NCBI GenBank assembly: GCA_028826165.1
Contig: JAPDFW010000136.1
Span: forward strand, 372,001-436,000
Reading direction: 5' to 3'
DNA from: Anaeramoeba ignava BMAN
Lineage: Eukaryota > Protista > Anaeramoebae
Length of the DNA: 64,000 bases
Positions within the stretch are counted from its first letter, which is position 1. Each line of letters starts with the position of its first letter. Positions 38,501 through 51,019 of this stretch are shown here, one piece after another. The notes under the pieces are model-generated. The model did no database searches, was not told where the DNA came from, and worked only from the letters and a program-made list of their open reading frames with translations. Position numbers and translations under genes: made by a program.

Positions 38501-38996
38501 TTTAAAAAATGTTATCACGTTTCTAAGAAAAACAATTCCTCAAATGAATTCAAGGAAATTCTTGTTATTCGAACCCTTTCTAGCACCTGTCAGATCGGTT
38601 ATAAATACCGAAAATCAATCTTCAATGGGAATGCTTATTTTGACCCAAAATTATTGTCTTAGTTCTTTACAAGGAAAAAATGTCAGTTTTTCAAATAGTA
38701 AATCACAAATCCAATATAATTCTCTCAAGCAAGACTGTCTCCAATATGTTTATGAAAATTCTCTTTATGTTTTGATTTCGCATTTTGTTATTTATCACTT
38801 GAAATATCCAAATCAAATTAGCAATGAATTAAAAAATGAAATGGAAAATGTTGTTTTTAAATTTTATGAATATTGTAAATCAATTAATAACACTTTGATT
38901 GGAAAACAAAAAGTTCAATTTGCTCAGAATTTATGTGATATTGTTTTGGAATGTATTGGAGCAAGATTTGATTCAGATCGTGGATTATTATTTTAA
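32580..38996 (+). CDS. NUP188: Large intronless alpha-solenoid protein, probable nucleoporin Nup188 family
   Basis: 2138-aa ORF. The N-terminal ISKKLDINEF...FYLKERLYLLKVF pattern, GPVILTW, ECAQGKYSLTISFL and TWKY....RW..G segments resemble Nup188. The family call is from recall, not a search. Confidence 0.65.
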   Translation: MELIILSNKLLYQTLQNQDKRIKSDKMLEILIKNKNKFEKFLLLFDKKTENQNTIKINEPIKFCGKEIIVDENQKQFIQEISKKLDINEFTSFGMFHLFLNINQPNLTNKIEYNEKTLNQIFHFYLKERLYLLKVFYILLKIAQDRNHLYNISAVEILRKTPTPKSTIQTLLSQIESNIKKIAGFQHTQVNSKEDTRKWIDEYVLEQEVLMEIIFAIIYARAENIDSESIVIIYHKFAQYSFSQTLQYSLVSEKRKSSIIRTGFLAILILIGILNLDEFLKRILKYENEDKEEEINLEKRIKIPDFFPEVFFQEQSQKIICQILDSYHDSPYNGPVILTWSVLFCKATEFDHKYDPLCQKYALKASQMDFLAFLLKIILSDEINQDNSNLLYYKTILNSLLGLLVNFIDLPNCPFNDQIVDLACQIYHGHPQLCNNFWEFFGSNSEFIPLVVHLVDNFPQNILVFNKFMASLCSTCESSSRVIDFLSQMRNFQQPISFDDYDDNFNEFLQIYPDGNNQRVEVLQSFHLQGIKIPKGTNGRILSDSEISKNREDEIIYPDQLGFWVIEWDIPVIELFSGMIQDLLMETNFQHSNISGELEQITSVFELIYNIISCGEHKENQLEKRIETEGNHLSNLNNSRDLNNNNNNNNNNNNNNNNNNNNIDIDIDIDNDIDISSRKKNIVIKLLKKMWPFISKFQNDDSLDPSSSLLQIAMPQFFQIFQKVATHNISSPILYRLLSFSLKCIYEFALYRPSDVWVLMSQFEFLPQNTSINNMESNTLQFVHEQYPDILKNLLMYVECAQGKYSLTISFLRIFHLCLKDYLSWVVYPDRKELSTSNLKQTKIPYTVVEMQGILTYICNNIFSMFRTWKYAKLKHRWLIGIYILDIFKEILDHFSFSTNESKRSKWSYDTEWNYNKSDEMSTESELNENSIMALRKYLMNHFVYNTQMHSELFQLVSLGPSTIKKIFTNKKITEGKFVEKLVQNSLDLFDDILLYCREEFEVITPMENAIFEDSTLSNDGKSTLIQTLVHYIGYPYCDSIPLSAIRILAHLSEISSKEPSQSTAFISNLWSEAHSLRNFLLYKLFSDREFPQVKTEIINLIKISLDSNTGIAVIFLTSLDFFDQNEIQEPLLNEEKSEKITSKQKILSPNSELNREESRSKLIDFIIEFVSKPENFKEFPRLFSVIVELIISIWEQGKDYFAAISQMNNLSKFWDSIFFILEKSETSKDEENGYYYESFQKQIRGAVFRLISRNLMILNPEFQHESFSAHFKRFLQQNTSKQNADLIFNFKQILKHASQMNQEMEPPEVQIEEGLDLSSFLNQPTKRIYGKNFLFNIGLVKKTLAKYFNSEKLEHQIKQLEILNSFWSRVDSEFLLFRSFAQFVKVVLDKNPEVLVEIWQSDELFQIWQSKLSNILESNKLLNFLKSNELTRICGSNELLKICKTDQILQTQEFNELIKVCEPENLLKIFKSDEFSKICKLKELLSIYESFFTVNTDKSLKTSVSKQTIMKIHDKSDIGVFLLKKTPRLQTSSVLLPSITKTMGILIPSMHLSPKLADDALFNLLIAEIILINNEIEHTEQFYEACFETLEIVCGIISSGFEYIQRRNYCLSIVVFEQLIKKLIIQNQNQKTDPNQNSNYKKILIQQKSLEFIHMKRIIPKIFELLTQFIKSLTTENAEFNDSIQYTNETINLISNMNSSFEKENLKENLKENLKENLKEDEKNIYHETRSEMIEKTFSFTEALLNVLLILAMDPSSAEMLSENGIIILFTSQSIDLFSSFIVLPTYLNTPNPTIFIRSKWSRFWNKILLIVSAMIGSLNHNMNFLKQVIQFVSVHYQRISNAFSFRGTYIARNHALSIPLTIHQAQEEEMHKIMHQQGANYLHELTLGWLEEMESSTLFLSVFSELGLSEFKNTDGTNFANFVELSSRLIAHTEYLLSSLNYENISKPVSSIETQMDLSEFCGLVEEKILIILKNVITFLRKTIPQMNSRKFLLFEPFLAPVRSVINTENQSSMGMLILTQNYCLSSLQGKNVSFSNSKSQIQYNSLKQDCLQYVYENSLYVLISHFVIYHLKYPNQISNELKNEMENVVFKFYEYCKSINNTLIGKQKVQFAQNLCDIVLECIGARFDSDRGLLF

Positions 38997-39069
38997 TAAT
39001 TTTAGAAAAAAAAAAATCAAATCAAATCAAAAAAAGAATAAGAATTTTTAATTTAGATCTTATTATTTT

Positions 39070-39570
39070 TTTATAATAATAATAAAATTGGAAGAAAAAA
39101 AAGAAGAAAAACAAAATCCATTTTTTTAATAATAATAATAAAATTGGAAAAGAAAAACAAAATCCATTTTTTTTAATAATAATAACAAAATTGGAAGAAA
39201 AAGAAGAAAAACAAAATCCATTTTTATTAATAATAATAAAATTGGAAAAGAAAAACAAAATCCATTTTTTTTAATAATAACAAAATCAGAAAAGAAGAAG
39301 AAAAACAAAATCCATTTTTTTTAATAATAATAATAAAATTGGAAAAGAAAAACAAAATCCATTTTTTTAATAAAATCAAGAAGAAAAACAAAATCATTTT
39401 TAATAATAAAACGGAAGAAAAAAACAAGAACAAAATCCATTTTTTTAATAATCAAAAAGAAAAGAAGAAAAACAAAATCCATTTTTTTATTAATAATAAT
39501 AATAAAATCAAAAAGAAGAAAAACAAATCCATTTTTAATAATATTGGAAAAGAAGAAAAAATCATTTTTT
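39070..39570. repeat. Intergenic ~45-55-bp tandem repeat (aaaattgg...aagaaaaacaaaatccattttttt aataat)
   Basis: About 9-10 degenerate copies containing aaaacaaaatccatttt, between Nup188 and CDK. Confidence 0.85.
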
Positions 39571-39868
39571 TTTTTGATTAAATCATTTTTCTTCTTTTTC
39601 GTTAAAAAATTTTCTTCTTTTTATTTAATTAATTTTTTTTTTTTAATTTTTTTAACGAAATTTTTTTACAACGGTTTGTTTTTTTTTAAAAAAGAATAAC
39701 GGATAAATTTTCTTTTATTTTACTTTATTAAAAGAAGTTAGAAATGATTTTAATTGTAAATATAAATTTTTTTTTTAGAAATTAAAAGAAAAAAAAAAAA
39801 GATTAAAAATATTTAATTATTTTTCTTTCTCATTTCTTTAAAATATTTACTTTATTTTTTTTCTTTAA

Positions 39869-42800
39869 ATGACCAGTTTACTTCGAAATTTAGTTAAATT
39901 ACAAAAAGTTGGTGAAGGAACTTATGGAGTTGTTTATAAAGGTAAGTTAAATAAATAAATAAATAAATTAATATCAAAAAAAAAATAATTTAATTTTTTA
40001 ATTTTTTTAATTTAAATTTTAATTCAAAAAAAAAATAGCTCGAAATACACAAACAAATGAAATAGTTGCGCTTAAAAAAATTCGATTAGAAATGGATGAT
40101 GAAGGTATTCCTTCAACTGCAATTCGAGAAATTTCTATTTTGAGACAATTGAAACATGAAAATATTGTGAATCTTTTGGATGTTGTTTGTACTCGTGATA
40201 AACTTTATTTGATTTTTGAGTTTGTTGATCATGATTTGAAAGCACATATGGATTCTGTTGGAAAATTAGATCCTTTAGTTATAAAAGTAACGAATCAAAT
40301 CAAAAAATTAATATATAAATTAATATTCAAATCAAAAATTAATATATAAATTAATATTCAAATCAAAAAATTAATATTTAAATTAATATTTAAATTAATA
40401 TTTAAATTAATATTTAAATTAATATATAAATTAATATTTAAATTAATATTCAAATTAATATATAAATCAATATATAAATTAATATATAAATTAATATTTA
40501 AATCAATATATAAATTAATATTTAAATTAATATTTAAATAAATATTTAAATTAATATTTTAATTAATATTTAAATTAATATTTAAATCAAATATTTAAAT
40601 TATTATATAAATCGATATTTAAATCAATATATAAATTATTATTTAAATTAATATTTAAATTAATATTTTTAATAAATATATAAATTAATATATAAATTAA
40701 TATATAAATCAATATTTAAATCAATATTTAAATCAATATTTAAATCAATATTTAAATTAATATTTTAATAAATATATAAATCGAATATTTAAATTAATAT
40801 ATAAATCAATATATAAATCAAATATTTAAATAAATATATAAATCAAATAATCAAATATTTAAATCAAATATTTTAATAAATATATAAATCAATATTTAAA
40901 TTAATATTCAAATCAAAAATTAATATATAAATTAATATTTAAATTAATATTTAAATCAATATTCAAATTAATATATAAAATTAATATTTAAATTAATATT
41001 TAAATCAATATTTAAATTAATATATAAATTAATATTTAAATCAATATATAAATCAATATATAAATTAATATATAAATCATTATTTAAATTAATATATATA
41101 AATTAATATATAAATTAATATTTAAATTAATATTTAAATCAATATTCAAATCAATATTTAAATCAATATTTAAATCAATATTTAAATCAAATATATAAAT
41201 CAAATATTCAAATTAATATATAAAATAATATTCAAATCAATATTTAAATCAATATTTAAATTAATATATAAATCAATATTTAAATCAATATTTAAATTAA
41301 TATAAATCAATATTTAAATCAATATTTAAATTAATATTTAAATTAATATTTAAATCAAATATTTAAATTAATATATAAATTAATATATAAATTAATATTT
41401 AAATTAATATATAAATTAATATATAAATTAATATATAAATTAATATTCAAATTAATATATAAATCGATATATAAATTAATATATAAATCGATATATAAAT
41501 CAATATATAAATCAATATATAAATTAATATATAAATCAATATATAAATAAATATTTAAATTAATATTCAAAATTAATATATAAAATAATATTCAAATCAA
41601 TATTTTTAATAAATATTTAAATTAATATTTAAATTAATATTTAAATAAATATTTAAATAAATATATAAATTAATATTTAAATAAATATATAAATTAATAT
41701 TTAAATAAATATTTAAATAAATATTTAAATTAATATATAAATTAATATATAAATTAATATATAAATTAATATATAAATTAATATATAAAATCAATATATA
41801 AATCAATATATAAATCAATATATAAATTAATATATAAATTAATATATAAATTAATATATAAATTAATATATAAAATAATATATAAATATATTTAAATTAA
41901 TATTTAAATTAATATTTTAAATCAAATAATCAAATATATAAATTAATATTTAAATCAATATATAAATCAAATATTTAAATTAATAAATATATAAATCAAA
42001 TATTTAAATCAATATTTAAATCAATATATAAATTAATATATAAATCAATATTTAAATCAATATTTAAATTAATACAAATTAATATTTTAAATCAAATATT
42101 TAAATTAATATATAAATTAATATATAAATTAATATTTAAATTAATATATAAATTAATATATAAATTAATATATAAATTAATATTCAAATTAATATTTAAA
42201 ATCAATATATAAATTAATATATAAATTAATATATAAATCAATATTTAATAAATATATAAATCAAAAATTAATATATAAATTAATATATAAATTAATATTT
42301 AAATCAAATATTTAAATTAATATATAAATTAAATATATAAATTAATATATAAATTAATATTTAAATTAATATTCAAATTAATATTCAAATTAATATTTAA
42401 ATTAATATTCAAATTAATATTTAAATTAATATATAAATTAATATATAAATTAATATTTAAATTAATATTTAAATTAATATATAAATATTTAAATCAAATA
42501 TTTAAATCAAATATTTAAATTAATATATAAATTAATATTCAAATCAATATAAATTAATATATAAATCAATATTTAAATCAATATTTAAATTAATATATAA
42601 ATATATAAATCAAATATTTGTAATTAATATTTAAATCAAATATTTAAATTAATATTTAAATTAATATATAAATTAATATATTAAATAAATATTTAAATTA
42701 ATATTAAATAAATATTTAAATTAAATAGAGTTATATGCATCAACTCCTTGAAGGATTATTATTCTGTCATTCAAGAGCAATTATTCACCGAGACTTAAAA

Positions 42801-43328
42801 CCCCAAAACCTTTTAATAAACTCATCAGGAGTTTTAAAACTTGCAGATTTTGGACTCGCCCGTTCATTCTCAATTCCGTTAAGAACATACACTCACGAAA
42901 TATTAACACTATGGTATCGAGCACCAGAAATATTACTTGGTTCAAAGCACTATTCATTGCCAGTAGACGTTTGGAGTGCAGGAGTGATTTTAGCGGAAAT
43001 GATGATGAATTATCCACTTTTTCCTGGTGATTCTGAAGTGGATCAAATTTACAAAATTTTTCAAGCTTTTGGAACTCCAAATGAATCTAATTGGCCTGGC
43101 GTTTCTTCTCTTCCAGATTATTCTCCAGTCTTCCCTTCTTTCACTCCAAAAACTCTTAGAAAAATCATTAAGGAAAGACTTAAAGATGATCCTATTGATG
43201 AAGTTGGTTTGGATCTTGTTGAAAAAATGTTGGTTTATGATCCTAAAAAAAGAATTTCTATTAAACAAGCTTTGCAACATCCTTATTTTGATGATTTAAA
43301 AAATTTGAATGAACCAAAACAAAAATAA
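39869..43328 (+). CDS. CDK1: Cyclin-dependent kinase, PSTAIRE class (CDK1/CDK2/cdc2), 3 exons
   Basis: [65 protein letters not shown]. Introns at about 39942-40037 and 40287..42728. Confidence 0.95.
40290..42725. repeat. 2.4-kb intronic 12-bp satellite (aaattaatattt/aaattaatatat)
   Basis: About 200 degenerate tandem units fill CDK intron 2. Confidence 0.9.
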
Positions 43329-43634
43329 TTCCAACTTTTTTTTTTTTTTGATTTAATTTTCTTTTTTTTAATTTTCTTTTTTTTTGATTTGTGTTTTTAA
43401 AAAAAAAGCAATGAATTTTTTCTTTTTCAATTTAAATTTACAATAAAAATTGAAACAAAAACAAAAACAAAATTTTAAATTAAATTTTAAAATAAAAATA
43501 AAAATAAAAAGTGGAACAAAAAAATTAAAAAAATTGGAATTTTTTAAGTTTTGATTTTGATTTTGATTTTAATTAAAAAATGAAATTTGAAAAAGATTTT
43601 TTTTTTTTGAATTAAAAATTGAAATTGTTTTTTC

Positions 43635-46448
43635 TTATAAAATTATGCAAGTATCTTTTTTTTCAATTTGAAAATTTAATTTTTCTGGTTTAGGTGTTTG
43701 AAAAGGAAGTATTTTAACTAAAGAAGTTCCATCAGGAATTAAAGATTCCATTTCTTTTGTTTCGATAACTTTCTGAAAATATAAAGCCTAAAAAATAATT
43801 TAAATAAATTAATAAATATAAAAAATTTGAATTGTTTTTCTTCATTCAAATTTTTTACATCATTATCTTTCTTAATTCTTTGATAAAAATAAACTGCTCT
43901 TTCATTTTCTGCTTTTACATGTTCAAATAATTGTTTAATTGAATCATTAAATTTCTAAAAAATTTTGATTTTGAAATAAATTTGAATTAATTTTGAAATA
44001 AATTTGAATTAATTTTGAAATAAATTTGAATTAATTTTGAAATAAATTTGAATTAAATTTGAATTAAATTTGAATTAAATTTGAATTAAATTTGAATTAA
44101 ATTTAAATTTGAATTAAAATTGAATTAAATTTGAATTAAATTTGAATTTGAATTTGAATTAAAATTGAATTAAATTTGAATTTGAATTTGAATTAAATTT
44201 GAATTAAATTTGAATTAAATTTGAATTAAATTTTGAATTAAATTAGAATTAGAATTAAATCTGAAATAAATTTGAATTTGAATTTGAATTTGAATTTGAA
44301 TTTGAAATAAATTTGAATTAAATTTGAATTAAATTTGAATTTGAATTAAATTTGAATTAATTTTGAATTAATTTTGAATTAATTTTGAATTTGAATTAAA
44401 TTTGATTTCATTTTGAATCTGAATTAAATTTGAATTTGAATTAAATTTTGATTTTGATTTCATTTGAATTAAATTTGAATTTTTTTACAGAAGGTGTTTT
44501 AATTTCTTTTAAATTATCAAGAGCACTATCAATAAAAGCTTGAGCAATTCCAGTTTTACTTTATTTTGAAAATAATCCAAAAAAAAAGGAAGGAAATTTT
44601 TAATTTAATTTGTTTTTTTTTGTATTAAATTTATGAATTTTGAGAATAAAATATAAAATATAAAATATAAAATACCCATCTTTATAATTAATTGAAGCCA
44701 AATAAACCTTTGTTTTAGCATTCCAAAGTAAAATTGAAACTTTGATATAATTTGTATAAAATGGATGAAGAAAATCAAACTTTTTTGATTCTTGAAGAAG
44801 ATCATAAACACGTCTCCATTTTTGATAAATACTTCTACAAAGTTTTGAAAGAACAGTTTCACTGTTTCCTTTGTTGATTGCTCTTCTTACAACTTTAATA
44901 TTTAATTTAATATTTAATATTTAATATTTAATATTTATTATTTAATATTTTATATATAATATTTATTATTTATTATTTAATATTTATTATTTAATATTTA
45001 TTATTTAATATTTATTATTTAATATTTAATATTTAATATTTAATATTTATTAATTTATTATTTATTAATTTATTATTTATTATTTAATATTTATTATTTA
45101 TTATTTAATATTTATTATTTAATATTTATTATTTATTATTTATTATTTAATATTTAATATTTTTTGTAAATAAATTAATTGCATTAAAAGTAAAATTAAA
45201 AGTAAAATAGATATAAATAAATTGAAAAGTAAATCTAAATTTGGAGAATATACTTAATTGTTCGGCTTCTGCTAATGCTTGACTAAAAAATAAATTGAAA
45301 AATAAATATAAAAATAAATATAAAAATAAAAATAAATTGAAAAATAATTATAAAAATAAAAATACACAGAAAGAGCTTCACAAACTTGAGCATTAACTTC
45401 AGGAGGAGAGGATAAAGGAAAAGTTTTTTCAGCAAAACGTTTGGGCATTTCTTCTGAGGCAAGATGATAAAAAACACCAGAAGCTGTTGTTAATTCTTTG
45501 ACAAGCCAATTTAAATTCTTTTCAAATGAAGCTTCAGATTTAATTGAATTAAAAGTGTTTGTTGCTTGTTGATAAATTGACATTCCATATGCCAATAATA
45601 CAAAAATAACTTCAAATGAATATTCTGATGTTAATGAATATGTTTTTGTATGATAAAGTGATGTTAAACAAGTATGCCAACAAAATTCTTTAATTTTATA
45701 AATGAATTTTAATTTTATAAATGAATTTTAATTTTAATTTTATAAATGAATTTTAATTTTAATTTTAATTTTAATTTTAATTTTAATTTTGATTTTGATT
45801 TTAATTTTAATTTTATAAATGAATTTTAATTATAATTTTATAAATGAATTTTAATTTTATAAATGAATTTTAATTATAATTACTAACTTTTAATTCCTTT
45901 ATAAATGAATTTTAATTTAATTTTAATTTTAAAATTTTAAAACCATAAATAAATTTTCATTATAATTCTATAAAAATTTTTAAAAATTATAATTAAAATT
46001 AAAAAGAAAAATTCCTTCTAATTCTAACATTGCAAAAATTAAAAAGAAAAAATTAAAAAGAAAAATTAAAAAGAAAAAATTAAAAAGAAAAAATTAAAAA
46101 GAAAAAATTTTTTTAATAAGCAAAAAAAACAATTCAAATTTAAAAAGAAAAAAATTACTTTTTTTGCTTCATCTGTTCCAAAATTTTTTTGCAAACTATC
46201 AATCATTAAATTTCTTTGTGCATTAATTGTATCAATCTCAATTATTTATTTAAAAAAAATTTAAAAAAATTTTGAGTTTTTTTTTTTTAAATTTTTTAAA
46301 TTTTTTTAAATACTGCTAATTCTGATGTTTTATCAAGTTTATAAGAAAGTTCACTCATTTCAATTGGTTTTATATATGGAGATTCAAAAGAAAATAAGCA
46401 TAATTTATTAATTGAATTAACTGGTTTTGATTCAGTTTCATCAAACAT
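43635..46448 (-). CDS. BRO1-domain protein with C-terminal CaaX box (BROX-like), multi-exon
   Basis: FCWHTCL...SFEVIFVLLAYG, ASGVFYHL, PPEVNAQVCEALS..AEAEQL, spliced KDND|ALYFQKV (BRO1 DNDxIY-type motif). Ends KKDTCIIL-stop at 43635-43637. Confidence 0.8.
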
Positions 46449-46613
46449 TTTTGAATTTAAATAAAAAATAAAAAATAAAAAATAAAAAAATGATTTTTTG
46501 GATTTTTAATTAAATTTGTTTTTGGTTTTTGTTTTTGTTTTTGTTTCAAAAAGAGAATTCCCAAAAAAAAAAAAGAAAATCCAAAAATTCCGTTTTTTTT
46601 TTTGTTGAGAAAA

Positions 46614-49600
46614 TTAAGCTTTTAAAGAAAATGGTATTTTTTTAAGTGGTTCCAAAATTGAAATGAAATAATCACGAGATTGTACATCTCGAATTAAAGC
46701 TTTTTCTTCATATTGTTTTGAAGCAGTTGTTTCTAAAGTTAAAATTTTCATCCATTCATCCAATTTTCTTAAACTATTTTTACATTAAATTAAAAAAATA
46801 TTTTTTAAAAAAATTTCCAAAAAATTAGACACAAAAAATTATTAAAAAAAAATTACTTCAATCCTTTGCATAAAAATCTTTGTACTTTTTGATCTAAATC
46901 ATATTGTTTTTTCTTTGAAAATTTTGGATCTGAATTAATTTCTTGGATAATATTATAAATATCTGAAATATCAGGATCTAAACTTTGATTAATAAAATGT
47001 CCAGGATTTTCAAAATAATTCCAAATGTGATTTTTTGATCTTCTTGCAAATTTACTTTTTTTAAATCCTTGAAGAAAAATTCTTGTAATGTTATCGCATA
47101 ATTCAAGTCTAATTAATTTAGAAATTGAAGGGTTTTTTGATTCATCTCCGAATTCTTGAATTTTATCTTTTTCAGTATTGCCGAATTGAGTTAATATTTC
47201 TTGAACAGTTTTTGATAAAACCTCCAGATTTGGTGAAAGGGTTTGAGTTGGTTCAATCAATTTTTGTGAGTTTGGTAGATTTTCTTGATTTTGTAAATTT
47301 TGTTGATTTTGTTGATTTTGTTGATTTTCATGTTTTTGTTGATTTTGTTGATTTTGTAAATTTTCTTGATTTTTTTGATTTTGATTTTTTTGATTTTGAT
47401 TTTGTTGATTTTCATGATTTTCATGTTTTTCATGTTTTTCATGATTTTCATGCTTTTCATGTTTTTCATGTTTTTCATGCTTTTCATGCTTTTCTTTAGG
47501 TTTATTAACTTCATTAGATGGATTTTGAATATAAGGTAATAATAATTCACTCACATCAATTGGAAGAGCGAAATAGATCTAAATATAAATTTTGTAAATA
47601 TAAATTTTTTTCATTATTAATTTAATTCATTAATTTTTTAATTCATACAGTTTCTAATTTTAAAATTATATTTTTTAATTGATTCATAAATTCTTGATTT
47701 CGAATAATTGCATTTTTTTGATAATTTTGAGAAATAAAATCTTCAGATATTAAAACTTCAAAATAACTAGAAAGTTTTGATTTGTTCAAACTATAAAGGA
47801 AAAAAACAGCACTTTTGAATAAATTTGGGTTATTGGGAGCAATATATTCAGCATTTCTTTGGCGAATAAAGAAAAAGGCTTGTGACATTATTGGATGTTT
47901 GAGATTTTCAATAGCTTGGAAAAATGAGTTGAATTGATCAGATAATCCTTGACTAAATAAAAAGGATAAAATACGAATAATCATAAAAGCATCAGGATCA
48001 GATGTTTTTACTTTCCGGTTCTTTGCTTTTGCTTGTATTGGGTATTTACTTTGTAAGTTATTATTTGCTTTTTCGAATTCTAACAAAATATTTTTTTCAA
48101 GTTGTGATAAATTGGTTGATTCTTTCGTTTTTGATTCTTTTGTTTTTGATTCTTTTGTTTTTGATTCTTTTGTTTTTGATTCTTTTGTTTTTGATTCTTT
48201 CGTTTTTGATTCTTTTGTTTTTGATTCTTTTGTTTTTGATTCTTTTGTTTTTGATTCTTTTGATTCTTTTGATTCTTTTAATTCTTTTGATTCTTTTGAT
48301 TCTTTTGATTCTTTTGTTTTTGATTCTTTTGACTCTTTTGTTTTTAATTCTTTTGATTCTTTTGTTTTTAATTCTTTTGTTTTTATTTCTTTTGATTCTT
48401 TTGTTTTTGACTCTTTTGATTCTTTTGATTCTTTTGTTTTTAATTCTTTTGATTCTTTTGATTCTTTTGATTCTGTCATTTGTGGTTTTTCTTGTAAATG
48501 AGATTGTGCTTGACTTTGTAATACAAATAAATCTAATTCATCAAGAATTTCTGTTTCTTTTTTGAGATATTCTTCTTCATTAAATGAACCAATAATATCT
48601 TCTGAATATTCTTTAAATGGAAATGTAAAATCTTTAATAAATTTGTCAAATTTTGTATAAGTATTTTTTGAATGTTGTGAAATATCTTTAATAATTTCTC
48701 TAATTTGATGTTTTTTTTCTTGATATTTCTTTTCTTTTTGTTTGTTAGCCCAAGCAACTTGCCTTTCAATTTGTTCGTTTTTCGATTTGGCGTTTTGGTT
48801 ATCGTTTTCTATTTAAATTTTAATTTGAATTTTTCCAATAATTTGAAATGTAATTAATTTTAATTTGAATTTGAATTTTAATTTTAATTTGAATTTTAAT
48901 TTGAATTTTAATTTGAATTTTAATTTGAATTTTAATTTGAATTTTAATTTTAATTTGAATTTTAAAATTTTTCCAATAATTTGAAATGTAATTTTAATTT
49001 GAAATGTAATTTTAATTTGAATTTGAATTTGAATTTTAATTTGAATTTTAATTTGAATTTTAATTTGAATTTTAATTTGAATTTTTTTCCAATAATTTGA
49101 AATGTAATTTGTTTGAAATTTTACTCTGTAAATTATTATATGTTGAATCAAGAGTTTGAGATTTTCCCATTTCTTCTAATGATTTATTCTTATTTGCCTT
49201 ATTACTAAGTGATTTTGATGTCATTCGAGGAGAATTTTCATTTTCACCAAAATCAATATCATCAAGACTTTCATTGTGAAAAATATCATCTACATCTTTG
49301 GTTGAAAAAGCAAATTCAAATGTATCTTCTTTTGAATTTTGATTTGATTCTTTTTGTATAACTTGAAGGGTGTTTGTATCTAATTTTCTTTTCGATGAAA
49401 AAAGAAGTTGTGTGCTTCTATGAAATTTCATTGGAGATTCTGATTTAGAATTATTTTTTGAAACATGAGAATCTTCTTCAGTAATATTTCGGTTTGAGAA
49501 ACCAAAAAAGAACTTTATTTAAATTTTAATTTTGAATTTAATTTTGAATTTAATTTTAATTTTAAATTTTGAATTTAATTTGAATTTTTAAATTAATTTT

Positions 49601-50936
49601 TGGTTTTGTCAATTTAATTTTAAATTTTTAATTTAATTTTTTGGTTTTTAAAACAAACTGGATCTTCTGTTTTTGTCAATGTTGTCTTTTTAAATTTTCT
49701 GCTTCAATTCTTTTTGATAATTTTTAATTTTGATTTTAAATTCTTTAGCAATTTAATTTTAATTTTAATAACCCATTCTTGCATTTTAATTTTAAATTTT
49801 AAATTTTAATTTTAAAAAAAATTTGGATTTTTGGTTTTTGATTTAATTTTACTTTTTAATTTTAATTTTAATTTTAATTTTAATTTTAATTTTAATTTTA
49901 ATTTTAATTTTAATTTTTAATTTTAATTTTAATTTTAATTTTAATTTTAATTTTAATTTTAAATTTTAATTTTAATTTTAATTTTAATTTTAAATTTTAA
50001 TTTTAATTTTAATTTTAATTTTAATTTTAAATTTTAGTTTTAATTTTAATTTTAATTTTAATTTTAATTTTAATTTTAATTTTAAATTTTAATTTTAATT
50101 TTAATTTTAAATTTAATTTAATTAACAAACCTAACATTAATAACAAAACAAGAACCTGAATATTTTTTATTCGAATGTTCTTTATGAGGAGCAGGAAAAA
50201 TATCTGCATTTCTTAAAGAAATACTATCAATCAAAGGATTACACTTTTCGTCATTAAAAATATGGAAAATATTTCTTTCAATAACACAATATTGATCTTT
50301 CCATTGAGTAGTTATTTTGTGTTGTCTTTTTTGAAGTGAATCTTTAAAATCAACTTCCTATTTATGATAAAAAAGCAAATAAATTTTTTTAATTTATTTT
50401 TAAATTTATTTTTAAATTGATTTTTAAATTTATTTTTTGGATTTTTTACTTTTGTTAATGTGGTTAATTTTTCTTTAAATAAATCTTTTCCTTTTTGTAA
50501 TGCATTTATCCATTCGTTTTTTTCTGATTCTGTTCCTGTTGCTAAAATATAAGATCTTTCTGAATATTTGCTATTTATTGGTTTCAATTCAATAACATAA
50601 TTTCGTTCTTGCTTTGGAGAAGAACTTTTTATATGAAAATGAGGAAGAAAAATAGTTCCCAAAACCTCTTGATCCTTTTTAGAAAATGGATGAATTAAAA
50701 GGATAATGATTTAAAATTTTTATTTAAGTATTTTTTATTTGGATATTTTTTAAAATGAATAATTTTGATTTTGAATTTTTTATTTTGAATATTTTTTAAA
50801 TTGAAAAAAAAACCTTTTGTTCTCTTCGATAAGAAAGAAACATATTTTGTAAAAGAAAAAACCTTTTTTGAAACTTATTTCTTTTTCCACTAAGTTTTTC
50901 AATATAATTTTCTTTCAAAACAATTTTTTCAGTCAT
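46614..50936 (-). CDS. Protein with PH domain(s) and two RUN domains, multi-exon, with low-complexity linkers
   Basis: N-terminal PH: KENYIEKLSGKRNKFQKRFFLL...SYILATGTESEKNEWINAL. A second PH-like start: LQKRQHKITTQWKDQYCVI. RUN1: ILSFLFSQGL...FFLYSLNKSKLSSYF...NYQKNAIIR. RUN2: LCDNITRIFLQGF...HIWNYF...QRFLCKGL...LDEW...YEEKALIRD. Confidence 0.75.
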
Positions 50937-51019
50937 TTTTAAAAAAGCAAAAAAAAAATGAAAAAAAAAAATGAAAAAAAAAATTTAAAATTTAAAATTT
51001 AATTGTTTAAAAAATTCAT

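Noticed and set aside
32580-38996. Higher-GC intronless 6.4-kb ORF as a lateral transfer or intein-bearing gene
   Set aside because: It resembles a eukaryotic nucleoporin, shows no Hint block motifs, and other long exons here also have raised GC.
39070-39570. Intergenic ~50-bp repeats as a MITE or transposon
   Set aside because: They are direct tandem units, with no terminal inverted repeats, target-site duplication or transposase.
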